The notes: generated from the letters alone by a model not told the origin. Positions 48,263-60,148 are shown, counted from the first letter of the whole stretch. The stretch: DNA of 63,997 nt, filler included, from Diploschistes diacapsis (GCA_023645945.1; 18 parts of 18 records of this genome joined end to end with filler, not necessarily neighbours in it), one strand, 5' to 3'. Numbers and translations: made by a program.

Positions 48263-50247
48263 GAGATAGCACACTTGTGACGTAGTATAGCTCGTATATA
48301 TAATGCATATTAATTATTATAGGAACTAGATATGAGCTAAATAGCTTGGCAGATACACTATATGTGACCGGGGTGGGGAGCAGGTGGTGCTCCTGAATCG
48401 TCTCGAAGGTCCGACAGGGTGTGTCCAGCCAGGCGCCCAAGCTCTGGAAGCGAATGGTCTTGAGGCTGGGCAGTCGCTTGAAGGTAGAATTGAATATTCC
48501 GGCGCCTCTCTTACATTAATAAAGCTGTGTTCCTGTTTCGCACTGCATTTTGTTATAGCACCTGGGTCTTGAAAAGCTCTTTGCGTGGTTTGTCCCTAGC
48601 CCTATTTGTCTTTTTCCTCATGTGCCGTGTGGATGCTCTCATAGCTTGAAGATCCTTGGGAACATAAGGCGGGTGGTCGTCCGATCTATCCAAGAACGCA
48701 TTATCGAAGATTGACCACTTTATTCCTGTATTGGTAGAAAGTTTCGTAGACAGGCATAAGAGAGGGTCCAAAAAAATAAGGTATCCAGTTTCTGTCGCAG
48801 GATTGGGTGTTCACTCACTGCTTCTAGCTTTTGGAAACTTTCTTCAGCGAGCTTCGGGCATACTTCCCCTACTGAATAGCCTAGGCTTCCAGACATGGGC
48901 TTGCTGCCCTTCTTTTCCACGAACGAGACGAGATTGGCATGCTTCACAAAGTTAAGGATCTTGTAACCGACAAAACAGTTACACATCCTTATTCCTGGCT
49001 TCAAATTTTCAAAGGTGGACACAGGCATTCGATGAGGGAGCGGGCACGAATAGAATAAGTAAAACTCTATATTTGAACCTATGGCTCCTGAAAGTGATAG
49101 CACAACAGCGGTCCTCCATCATTCATCTCCTATCCGAATGGCGCCTCTCATTCCGGTCCCAAGCCTTATCGATGAATAATCATCCCCCGTACCGTGATTC
49201 CTCCCAACCTCAGCCCCGTCTACACATTTGTCTGAATGGCCGCATAGACAGGACCGCAGTGTAGATGCCCTGCTGGTACAAGAGCGGCAGACTCTCCCTG
49301 ATGAGAGTGTACTCGTTCCTGGCCTCGGCGAAATTGGCATTGCCGACCTCTAAGCCATAGGGCACAGCCGACACGTTCGCAGCAGTGATGGCCCAGGTGA
49401 AGGTGTCTCCACCAAAAGCTACCGATCCACCGTTCTCCCAGACCTCGTTGATGCCGTCCGAAACAACGACGACGTTCGCGTACGTGGCAGAACCGAAGGT
49501 GGGTTGTTGCTCGTAGAATTCGATCTCGGACCGGGTGCCGTCCTCGGGGTTGGTATAGCAGTTGCAGAGGTAGGCACGGGCTACTTGGGCAGGAGCGAGA
49601 GCGGCTGTGCCACGGATGTCGAGGGCTGGAGCGGCAGAGGCGGAGAGGGCGAGGAGGGAAATGGTAACAAAAAGGATCTTGGCGAACATCTCCACGTTTG
49701 GTAGGTAAGGATATAGCTTGTTGTTCTTGTGATGAGGAGGAGGTGGTGGAGTATGAAGAGGGTGGTGGTTACTTCTGGGAAGCACTTTGGGCTGTTTACA
49801 TACTTATCAGTCATCAATGAGTTTGCTGCCTTGAAGCTTGAAGCCCATATGGCTTTGTCGGTGAGGGCTATCGCCTTGGCAAGGGTACCTGAACTTGCAA
49901 TGTAGAGGACATTCATTAATAATACGGAGAATGATGAGCTGGTCGTCCGCATCCTCTGCAGTAAGCAGATGAAGTTCCAATAAGTCCTGCCTTAACGGGT
50001 AGCCACATCATTTTGGCCCCCATCAGCTGAAAAACTTGTCACCGCATGATTCAATATTCATATCTAATATTCAAATATTCGGCGTTAAAAAGCAATAACA
50101 CAATTTAGTAAAGATCTCTTAAATCTTTATTCTTCTTCTTTAATTCCAGGACGATTCGGGAACACCACCTGCTCCCTATCCCGGATATATATAGTGTGTT
50201 TATTAAGCTATTTAGTTTATATTTAGTTCTTATAGTAATTAATATAT
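48263..50247. mobile_element. Long-TIR element (Mutator/Pack-TIR-like) with captured cargo; arms 48303-48402 and 50150-50247
   Basis: About 100-bp inverted repeat whose arms differ mostly by transitions. The right arm is cut by the gap, and the left end at 48263 is inferred. Confidence 0.65.
49210..49689 (-). CDS. Small secreted protein (159 aa), effector-like
   Basis: Signal-peptide-like MFAKILFVTISLLALSASA, then APALDIR propeptide-like segment, LCNC and a beta-rich body. No introns. Confidence 0.8.
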   Translation of the reverse strand: MFAKILFVTISLLALSASAAPALDIRGTAALAPAQVARAYLCNCYTNPEDGTRSEIEFYEQQPTFGSATYANVVVVSDGINEVWENGGSVAFGGDTFTWAITAANVSAVPYGLEVGNANFAEARNEYTLIRESLPLLYQQGIYTAVLSMRPFRQMCRRG

Positions 50248-50347
50248 NNNNNNNNNNNNNNNNNNNNNNNNNNNNNNNNNNNNNNNNNNNNTTAATTAAT
50301 TAANNNNNNNNNNNNNNNNNNNNNNNNNNNNNNNNNNNNNNNNNNNN

Positions 50348-52558
50348 AGATTACCTTACGCTACGTTAAAAAGATCAAGTTCAGATATTCTATATTTAAA
50401 ATATATTATAAACTTCTTTAAATTAAAAGCAATTTCTTATCGAAATAGAAGTTATATAAAACAGGATTGCGGGGAAGTTTTAATCAAAACGACCTATATT
50501 TACACGATAACGACGGACGGATCATTCTTATATACAAAAAGAAGAATAAAGTCTATTACTCGAGCAAGATTATAAAAAAAGAATATACGTATAGGGCAAC
50601 TACGTACCCAATAACTGAACCTGAACCTGAACTAAACCCAAAAGTTCAGTCTAATAAAAACAGTTATCAGCTATAGCACGCACGTATGGCCCATATAGGA
50701 CCCAAAAAACTCCAGAATTTATACGAAATTACGACTCTCGTTAATCCTATCCGCAACAGATTGGCCGAATTTTAATTAAGCACAAGCAAAACATTTTAAA
50801 TTTAATAAGTATTGATATCTATAAACCCTTCTTAAGATCACTTAACAACAACCAGTACCTTATGGAAATTATCGATAATTATTCGCGAAGAACCTAATTT
50901 ATTCCCTATAAAACTCGGAAGAATGCTGTTCGTATTTTACAACTCTAAAAAATGAATGCAGAACTCTAAAGCAGCAAATAACTAAAAAGGGTACGTCTCG
51001 ATAATGTACCTAAACTTATTTTTATAATCGAGAATTGAAGAAGAAGTTTAGGAGTTTAGATAAAACCGATAATACTATACACGTTAAATTAAAATAATAC
51101 TGCCGAAAGATTTATATAAATTATCGAAATGAACATCCGTGCCATGCTTAAAGGAACGAAATAAGGATACGCTTTTTAGGACGAAGCAGTATTAACTTAA
51201 TGTTATATTCGAAACAGGATAATAATAAAACCTAAATTAAACGATTCAGTCGCGACGTCTATCGAGTTTTAATTAAGCGAAAAGCCGTCAATAAATAATA
51301 TCCGTATTTAAAAATTAAGATGTTATAATTATATAAATCCCAAATCGTTATTTAGACGATAAAATAAGTTAATGAATAAAACGAGACTAAATATAATAAT
51401 CGAATATATTAAGATTAACGATCTAATATCTGATATTAAAGGTATTAACGACGGGTCAATTATCCACGTCAACGACGGGTCAATTACCCACGTCAACGAC
51501 GGGTTAATTACCCACGTTAACGACGGGTTACCCACGTTAACGACAAATCAATTACCCACGTCAACGACGGGTCAATTACGCACGCCAAAAACGTATTAAA
51601 AATAAAGATAAAAATTCAGCTAAACCATACTAAATCTTTATTATCTGCTCCTATTAAGGATCACAGCACCCTAAAGGCCCCTGCTCTTACTCTATATGAT
51701 CAACCCAAGCCAGATGATAGTAACCGACGGTTAATAAAAAGGTTCTTGCGGGTTCAGGTTTTAAGAAAAAGAACTGAACCTAAATTTAAACCTAGATTTA
51801 CTGAATCGAATATATTAAAACCTATTACGTCAACAACGGGCGTTATATACGTTATTAATAATCCGATTACGTATATAGCACCGATTAACGCCACGTCAAC
51901 AACGTCTAGTATATAGAATTCTTAAATAATAAACGATATAAACGACGCTTTAATAATCATAAACGTTTAAAATACTAAAAAATTATAAAACACGAATTCC
52001 GTTACTAATAAACGACAGCGGAATATCGAACATTTCTTATCAATTAAAATATTAAAAAGTCATATAACGCTTATAACAAATAAATAATAGATAATACGCG
52101 ACGTTAATTCATATTAACCTATACGTCTTCATTTTACGAGATCGAAAGCTCTTGATTAACCTTTACGTGAACGATATTATTATAGCAACACCGGATCTAT
52201 ATAATGTATACTAAATTAAAAAAGCACTGGCTGAACGTTACAAGGTCAAGGACCTGGAAAAAATAAAAAAGCTCTTAGGCATAAGAGTTCAGCGATAGCG
52301 CAGCTCAGGTTCAGGTTTAATAAATGCAGTTAAACTAATCTTAAATTAAAAAATATACATCGAGAAAATACTCCAGCGTTTTAAGATAATAACGGACCTA
52401 TATAAGGATTAAAAGATACCGCTTAATAGATACGACGGTATTAAATTAAATAAAAAATCCTCCGAAATAATTAATAAAACATAATATTAAAAATTATTAA
52501 TAGTATCATGCACTTAACGATTTATACGAGACTAGATATCGTATTTATTATTAGAAAG
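50348..52558 (+). mobile_element. RIP-degraded Copia pol with internal deletions
   Basis: HARMAHIGPKKL (pre-integrase), IIDNYSR, RLDNVP and LAERYKVKDLE..KLLGIRV (RT). Confidence 0.8.
51447..51586 (+). repeat. 24-bp minisatellite, about 6 units, inside Copia pol
   Basis: Unit AACGACGGGTCAATTACCCACGTC with variants. Confidence 0.85.
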
Positions 52559-52658
52559 NNNNNNNNNNNNNNNNNNNNNNNNNNNNNNNNNNNNNNNNNN
52601 NNTTAATTAATTAANNNNNNNNNNNNNNNNNNNNNNNNNNNNNNNNNNNNNNNNNNNN

Positions 52659-54811
52659 AATAATAGGTTACCAATTTTATTAAGCAATATAAGAACTACT
52701 AGAAGAATAAATATTCTACGTATAGAAGATACGGGATTCTATAAACCATTAAGAAACCAGATTAATCATAAAAGATAATCACGATGGACTTCATAATCAA
52801 ACTACCAACATCCAAGGATCTAGTAACGGGTATTCCATATAACAGCATTTAGGTCATAGTGGATAAATTCAACAATAAACCTTACTGTATATCTTTTAAA
52901 AAAGATTACAACGTAAGATAATTATATCACGTATAAATAGATCGGGTTATAAAAATTTATAAACATCTAAAAAAAATCATTAACGATAGAAATAAGTTCT
53001 TTATTTTAGGATATTAGAAAACCATAATAAAAGCGTTCGGCACGAAGCTAAAACATTTAAGCGTTTATTATTCACAAACAGACGGTTAAACAGAAAAAAT
53101 GAATCAAATTCTCGAATAATACTTACGGCATTACGTCAATCAAAACATAAATAATTAGGTTAAACTTTTATTAAACGCCGAGTACTATCTCAATAATAAA
53201 CATAGGGAAATTAGGAAAATTCAAAATACACAATCACCTAATAATAAAACACTGAATAATGCCAAGAGACATACGGTCTCAAAAAAGAATCCTTAGCTAA
53301 AAAAGAGGGATAAGGTCTACCTATATATAAATAATTTCAGGACACGCAAACCCTCTAAGAAACTTGATCACGTCAAAATCGGACCTTTCTTTATCGATAA
53401 ATAATCCGTCATACCAGACGAAACCAAACGAGTCAATTATCGATTCAAATTATTAAAAAACGCGAAAATTCATTTAATGTTCTATTCTCGATACCTCGAA
53501 TTAATATATCCAGATACACCTTTATAAGAAACCTTTTACTTCGAACTTGATAACGAGAACGAATACGAAGTCGAGAAGATTCTAAATAATAGCCCCAGAA
53601 GGTTCCTAATTAAATAGAAAAAATACCCAGAAAGTTAGAACACGTAAAAACCATTAAGAAACCTAAGTAACTGCGGTAATAAACTAAAAGAGTTTAGAAG
53701 AAATCGGGCAAAACTCACAGACTAATTTGACGAAACGTTGGCTTCCTTCTACGCCATTAACAGCGCATTATCTCCTAATTCCCAATTTATTTGCGATAAC
53801 GACATAGCCGTTAAGAACTAAAAATCTTACGGGGTGCCCGTAAATATCATACTATTATTTAAATCGCCAACCGCCTCCGCCTCTTTATCCAATTAATCAG
53901 CAAGATACTTTATTTATTTTATAAATTTCTTTTCGGCCAGTTTAAAAGTTTTACGAAACCTTTCTATCCGGGTCTCATATTCTATCAATTAAGAAAAGAA
54001 CTTTCGTCTTTTTTTTTCTTCTAATTCTAACCGGGATTCCGTCTGAACGCGTACCCTATCTACAGCCTTTTAAGATGTCGATATACAGTTTCTTCGGCTA
54101 AAACGAGCGCACCTTTCGTATCGGAAAGAAATAAACGGCATAATAACACAACGATAAAAGACTAAACAATAAAAACAGAGAAAGTCAGCGGTTTTGCTTA
54201 TTCAAAAGATTCGATCGGTAAGCTTATAATTACGAAAAGTTAAAGAAGATATCGTTATCCCACGACTTAGGATTTTCTTTTATTTAATACTTATATTAAC
54301 CCTTCGGTGCTTATCGGGCCGATAAGGCTGAAGGAAAGAGATAATATTACGATCCAAGATACTAATCGATAGTACTTAATACGCAATAACTAATCGAGTA
54401 CTTCCTAATCATTCTTTATATATAAACTAACCACGGACCAAAAATCACGTAATTAATAAACTTCCGTGAGCAGATATTTATCGGGAATAAATCTATTAAG
54501 ACAGTTATTTATCGATAATAGATCTATTACGACAGCTTTATTGTCGGCAATTGATTATTATTTTAAATTATATAAAAACGTCGCTATAGCCTCTATAAAT
54601 TTAAGGCGTGTTTACTTTTATAAACATCTTAAGTTATTATTCGGGATCAATCTATATTCGTTACCTTTATTATTTTAGAGCCTTCTTTCCAGAAACAATC
54701 CAAGACCTATAATTGTTTTATCTTCTTCTCCTGCCACACTCCTCTTCTAACAGAGACCAAACCCACCTTGATCCTACTCGTGTATACCTTGTATAGATAG
54801 AGATCATAACA
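52659..54811 (+). mobile_element. RIP-degraded Ty3/Gypsy chromovirus 3' half with PPT and complete 467-bp 3' LTR (54345-54811)
   Basis: ITMDFIIKLP, KKLDHVKIGPF and chromodomain EYEVEKIL..NT*KP. PPT gaaggaaagagataa precedes an LTR ending GATCATAACA. Confidence 0.9.
53722..54252 (-). pseudogene. Antisense accessory ORF of Gypsy: Cys6 cluster plus coiled coil (RIP-damaged)
   Basis: 177-codon frame: CFYC-x5-C-x9-Y(C)ERC-x7-C then VDRVRVQTESRLELEEKKRR. Internal stops are single-transition types and the start ATA is inferred from ATG. Confidence 0.7.
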
Positions 54812-54967
54812 ACCGTTCGCTGAATTTACGGTAAACGGCGAGCGAGTTAATTATATATAAACACGACNNNNNNNNNNNNNNNNNNNNNNNNNNNNNNNNN
54901 NNNNNNNNNNNTTAATTAATTAANNNNNNNNNNNNNNNNNNNNNNNNNNNNNNNNNNNNNNNNNNNN

Positions 54968-55503
54968 TTTTTATATATTATTAATTTATTCGGTAATAAT
55001 ATTAGTTCCTTAGATTTAATAAAACATATAAGGATGAACGATCGTTTAAAACACGTCGATATTATTTATTATCACGTATAAAATCTTATCAAGCAAGAAC
55101 GTATTAAGATATCTTATATTTTTATCGATAAAATAATTATTAACGAACTTACGAAACTATTAAATTACTTAAAACACGACGTTTTTATTAAGAGACTCGG
55201 CTTAATCCAAAAGATATCCAATTAGATTATATAGATATGCTAGACGATTCCGCTTGTGGAGAAATGTTAAGCAGATAGGTAAAAGGTATAATTAAAAGTT
55301 CGATTAAATTTCAATCGGGGGTTTAATTCAGCTGAACTTTGAAGTTCAGTTTAGTTAAAATTTTTGGACTCTGACTAGACTGATCGAGAATAGTGTTGGT
55401 AATAAGTTTTAGCGGATCCCGTAGGGTATAAAAGTCTGCGTAATAGGATATCTTCATAGGATAAGACTTCTAGACTTCAATATATCCATTACGTTGCCAA
55501 ACA
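54968..55503 (+). mobile_element. Copia RNase H end plus 3' LTR (55265-55503)
   Basis: ERSF/LKHVDI.Y and IINELTKLL, a purine tract gtggagaaa, then a TG..CA LTR of the 6732/60149 family. Confidence 0.75.
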
Positions 55504-55872
55504 ATTTCTATTATTAACGCAGGCGATGTAGGAAAGCCGGTTTATATAAGACGTATAATCTATCGTATTAATATCTTTTTTTTAGGATTTGAAAGGATTT
55601 AACTAGATTCGTGATTATTAAAGCGTGATTATATTTTAGTAAATTAACGCATGATAATTAAACGAGGAACTTTAAATGCGCGGGCAGCTTCTCGAACGCT
55701 AGTGTATTGTTGAGAATTTAAGGCATTAATACAGTCGTTAATATTAGATTCTAATAAGATTGAATCGGTATTATGCGACGTGGCCATTATTAAAGAAATC
55801 GAAGAAAAAGACGAAAGTTGTAATAAGAGATGGCCCACTTCTGGGGGTGGTCCACTTCCCCGTCAAACACGT
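55504..55872 (-). mobile_element. Fot1/pogo transposon 5' end: TIR plus transposase HTH (RIP-damaged)
   Basis: TIR ACGTGTTTGACGGGG flanked by TA. ATG at 55787, then YTSVREAARAFKVPR (psq-HTH) and TGFPTSP. Confidence 0.82.
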
Positions 55873-56296
55873 TATAAAGTTTTAAAAGTATGTCTTTAAA
55901 ATAGAAATTATATTACTAAACAGAACGCGGGATGTTCTTTCGTTAACATAAAATGTGCTTAAATAAAAAATATTTAATTCTAGATTCGTCTATATAGACT
56001 AACGAAAAACCTTTTTTCCTCTTTGTTACGATCCAAGTATCTTACTTGGCACGTCCCAGCCATTCCTTGTATATAGACTAATCGCGGTGACGTCGGTTAC
56101 GTAATTAACAGATGTTTAGTAACAGAAGTCTGTCGGAATAGATCTATTAGAACTGGAATAGCTTGACCCTGCCGTGACCGCCAAGACCGCCAAGGCCCGC
56201 GGATAGGTCCCACCGGGGATAGCCGCTGCCAGCCGCTCTAGAGGTATATTAAAAAAACCCATGCGTGTAAACGGGTAATAACCGAAACCCTATAAG

Positions 56297-56884
56297 TAGG
56301 CTGGCCGTCACGGACACGGCCGTGGCAGTGTCCGTGTTTTGAAATTTTTAGCCATAGTGTCCGTGTCCGTGTTTTTATTATAATATAATGTCCGTAGAAA
56401 TGTTCGTGTTTTAAAATTTTTAGCCGTAATATCCGTGTTCGTGTTTTTATTATAATATAATATCCGTGAAAATATCCGTATTTTAAATTTTTTAATCGTA
56501 ATATTCGTGTTAATAAATTTATTGTCGTGTCCGTATATTCATCGAAACACTTTTAAATAATATTTATTTTTTAATAATTTTAAAATTATTACGTTTATTT
56601 TTTACGTTTTTATTTTTTTATTACGATATTTTAATAACTTTACGGTAATATTTCGATAAATTTATTATAATATAATATCCGTGATAATATCGTATTTTAA
56701 AATTTTTAACGATAATGTCCGTGAAAATATCCGTGTTTTAAATTTTTTAATCGTAATATCCGTGTTCGTGCTTTTACTACAATGTAGTATCCGTAGAAAT
56801 ATCCGTGTTTTAAAATTTTAACGGTAATATCCGTGGCAGTATCGTGTTTTAAAAATTCTCTTAGTAGTGTCCATGGAAGTGTCC
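56297..56884. mobile_element. Second copy of the TAGGCTGGCCGT MITE, interrupted by an LTR at 56885
   Basis: Identical left TIR and tccgtg arrays. TGTTACGATCCAAG begins at 56885, and another LTR start lies at 56024. Confidence 0.75.
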
Positions 56885-57273
56885 TGTTACGATCCAAGGT
56901 ACTAGTCGGTAGTACTTGGCATGCAACAGCTAGTCGGGCACTTCCCAACCATTTCTTATATATAGTCCAATCAGGGTGATATGGGTCACGTGATGGATAA
57001 AAGGTCTGGGGGATTATTCTACTTAGTTATAAATAGAAAGAAAGAACGGTAATTCTGTTCATCTATTTATTTACTTTATTAAAAAAACTATTGGTTATAT
57101 AAGAACGTCGCCATAACCTTTATAAATTCAGGGCGTGTTTACTTTTATAGATATCTTAAATTATTGCTCGGGANNNNNNNNNNNNNNNNNNNNNNNNNNN
57201 NNNNNNNNNNNNNNNNNTTAATTAATTAANNNNNNNNNNNNNNNNNNNNNNNNNNNNNNNNNNNNNNNNNNNN

Positions 57274-59476
57274 CCCAAAAAGAATTGTTTTAGATCGAAA
57301 TATAGTATTTATAAGCTCCTTTTGGTCGGATTTCTGTTATTAAACGAAAATAAAAAATAGATTTAATATAGCTTTCTATCTTTAAACCGATGGATAAACA
57401 GAACGTTAGAATTAAATAATCGAGCATTATTTGCGAGTATACTGCGGTGCGGATCAAGAGAATTGGCTAGAACTATTATATTTAACCGAATTTGCGTACA
57501 ATTCCTTCATAAATTCTAATACAAAAATAACCTTTTTTAAAGCATTATATGATTACGAACCGACGATGCAACAGATATTCAAGGACGAATATAGGGAAAG
57601 GGAAGTATTAGCCGTAACGGAACGGTTGAGAGAAATTGAAGAAGCAAGAAAACTATTAACCAATAATTTAATAGCTGCCTAGGAATGACAGAAAAAATAT
57701 TACGATCAAAATCGGTAGCCAAAGATCTATAATATAGGAGATCTGATGTAGCTTTTAATCAAAAATTTACAACAAAGAAGATCCAGTAGAAAGTTATTAT
57801 ATAGATACATTACACCGTTTCGCGTATTAAATACTATCGGGAAACAGGCGTACCGCTTATTATTACCGTAAAGATATTTTAGGATTTATTTAGTATTCCA
57901 TGTCTCTTTACTGGAACCTTATAAACCAAAGGAAAAAATATTAAAGGATTTCTTACCCCCGCTAGAATTTATTGAAGGAGAGGCTGAATAGATTGTCGAA
58001 GAGCTAATAAGCCGCCGAAGAATGAATAACGAATAATAATATTACGTTAAATAAAAAGGCTGATTAAAAAAATATAGCTCGTAAAAACTAGAAAAGAATC
58101 TTACGGGTATAAAAGAATTACGGAAAACTTACGATATAAAATACTTACGATTAAAAAAAAAAAGGTCTAAACTTAATTTAATTTAAAAAATATTAATATA
58201 ATAAGCACCGAATCGCTATTTAAACGTGGCCGAAACGCCACCGGCAAACTAAAGAACCAGGATCAAGTCCCGATCCAGAAAAATATATCCTAAAGCTCTA
58301 GCTCCCTGCGCGCTATTCGCGATAGGGGCGAACCCGACGAGCTAGCGAAATCTAACGAGCTCGACGCCCCCGAACCCGATTACGAGATTTAGTAATATTA
58401 CTTCTCCCGTCACGACCCCCGCGCCCTAAGGGAGTTTCAGGTTCCACGTTATTATTAAACTCACTAGGCGGCAATACAGGGGTGAACATATTACTATTTA
58501 CGATTTTATTAAAGAAGAACGATACTTCTTTTAAAGACGTCTTTATCTTCTTTACAGATTTCTTAAGCGATTCGTTTACGTTAGCCCGCCGCTTCTCCTG
58601 TATTTCGATCTTCTTTATCAGGCGATTAACGCGCCTTCGTTCGTATAAGATAAGAAGGTTCGTAATTATCGAATTTTTAGACCTGTTACGATTAAATAAC
58701 GAAACGTAATAAGACATTATTTACTTAAAGGATGAAATAATTATTCCTACCTTCCGAACCGCCCGTTCATACTTATCGATACTTTTATTAAAATCGGCCT
58801 ATATCGCTTTATTATTATTATCTATATCCTACTCGGTTCCCTTATCGTTTAAAATGATATTACGAATAACTTATAATTTTATAATTTAAAAAATATATTT
58901 ATTCGGAACTTTAATAATTAATAAATATTTCGTTTATAGTTCGTCGGCTTACCGATTTATAAATATAATATTCTTTATAATAAACGTCGTAAGTTAAACG
59001 AGTCGTTAAGATACCGTTATAGAAATATAGACGAATTAAGATCTATTTCGCATACCGGATATAAGCGAATTTTTTTAATTTATGCTTCGGGGTGGCGATG
59101 CGCTGGCTTATTAGTAGTAATACGATGATACGTCGCCATTTTTACCTTTTTAGAGCGAATGTTCTTATCTTTAAAGATAGTAAGGACGTCTTCGTTCTTA
59201 GATATGATAATAAAGATTCGATAAGAATAAAATAAATAACTGACGAGAATGGGAATAAAGAAAGAAAAGAAAAGATGAAGAAAATAGAGTTTTTATACTA
59301 AATTTACGCTAATAATGAATTAATAATAATAATATATTAAAGTATTAACGACTCGCCTTCTACTCGTTAACTAGGAATTAATAAATATTAAATAGACTTA
59401 TGTATTAATAATTAATATTATTAGGACATAGAAGATTGACGATATATTAGATATATGTTATCGTATAACTAATAAT
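57274..59476 (+). mobile_element. RIP-degraded Gypsy chromovirus pol 3' half (copy B) plus 3' accessory region
   Basis: EHYLRVYCGADQENWLELL..EFAYNS, HVSLLEPY and a chromodomain. Colinear with about 36985-38389. Confidence 0.88.
58175..59205 (-). pseudogene. Spliced antisense accessory gene of Gypsy, Cys6 cluster (RIP-damaged)
   Basis: Inferred introns 59145-59103, 58952-~58910 and 58750-58683. Exon 2 has Tyr codons at CxxC-x8-C-x11-CxxC-x6-C spacing, consistent with TGT/TGC>TAT/TAC RIP changes. Confidence 0.6.
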
Positions 59477-59576
59477 NNNNNNNNNNNNNNNNNNNNNNNN
59501 NNNNNNNNNNNNNNNNNNNNTTAATTAATTAANNNNNNNNNNNNNNNNNNNNNNNNNNNNNNNNNNNNNNNNNNNN

Positions 59577-60148
59577 AATTAATACGTATCTACGTGGCAA
59601 TCGTCGAAAAAACGAATTAATAAAACGATTAAAAGATTTAACGATTTTAATAATAATTCGAAAAAGATTTAATTAAAAGAAACGAGCTAAAATAATTATT
59701 AAATAAAGAATAAATTACCCGAACTCGCTTAACCGACGAAATTATCGATTTATAAGTAACGGCCGAAGGATTTCGGAACCGACGAAAGCTTATCGAGATT
59801 AATAACGAGGAACGTTTTTTATCGCATAAATTGCTAAACTTATTTAAATTTTCGGTAAATATTAAAAAAAATCCTAATTATAAATAATAACGTCGTTTAA
59901 TTAAAAATAAATTAAAGATGAACGGAAACAGATTTAACGGGGTCGACGATAAGATAACATATATAATCTCTCGTTTTAAAGATATAGTCCTTAATTATAT
60001 AAAAGTTTTCACGAATAAAGATTTAATTAAGCGAGTTATTTTTTTTAAAATCTTATTCGAACGATTAAATAATCGATAAATAAATAAAAATACCCGATTA
60101 ACCGTTAAAAATAATTATCTGAAATTATAATAAAATAATAACGAATTT
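59577..60148 (+). mobile_element. RIP-degraded retrotransposon gag-like remnant
   Basis: NPNYK**RRLIKNKLKMN..DDKITYIISRFKD resembles fungal Gypsy-type gag. Interrupted by the LTR at 60149. Confidence 0.5.

Noticed and set aside
51447..51586. CRISPR-like array
   Set aside because: No unique spacers, eukaryotic context and located inside a retrotransposon. The same applies to the tccgtg arrays at 3094 and 56297.
58352..58717. 121-aa minus ORF from the ORF track as the real accessory protein
   Set aside because: Splice phase and CAA>TAA-type stops point to a different frame (V*KFDNYEP). The open frame is probably incidental.
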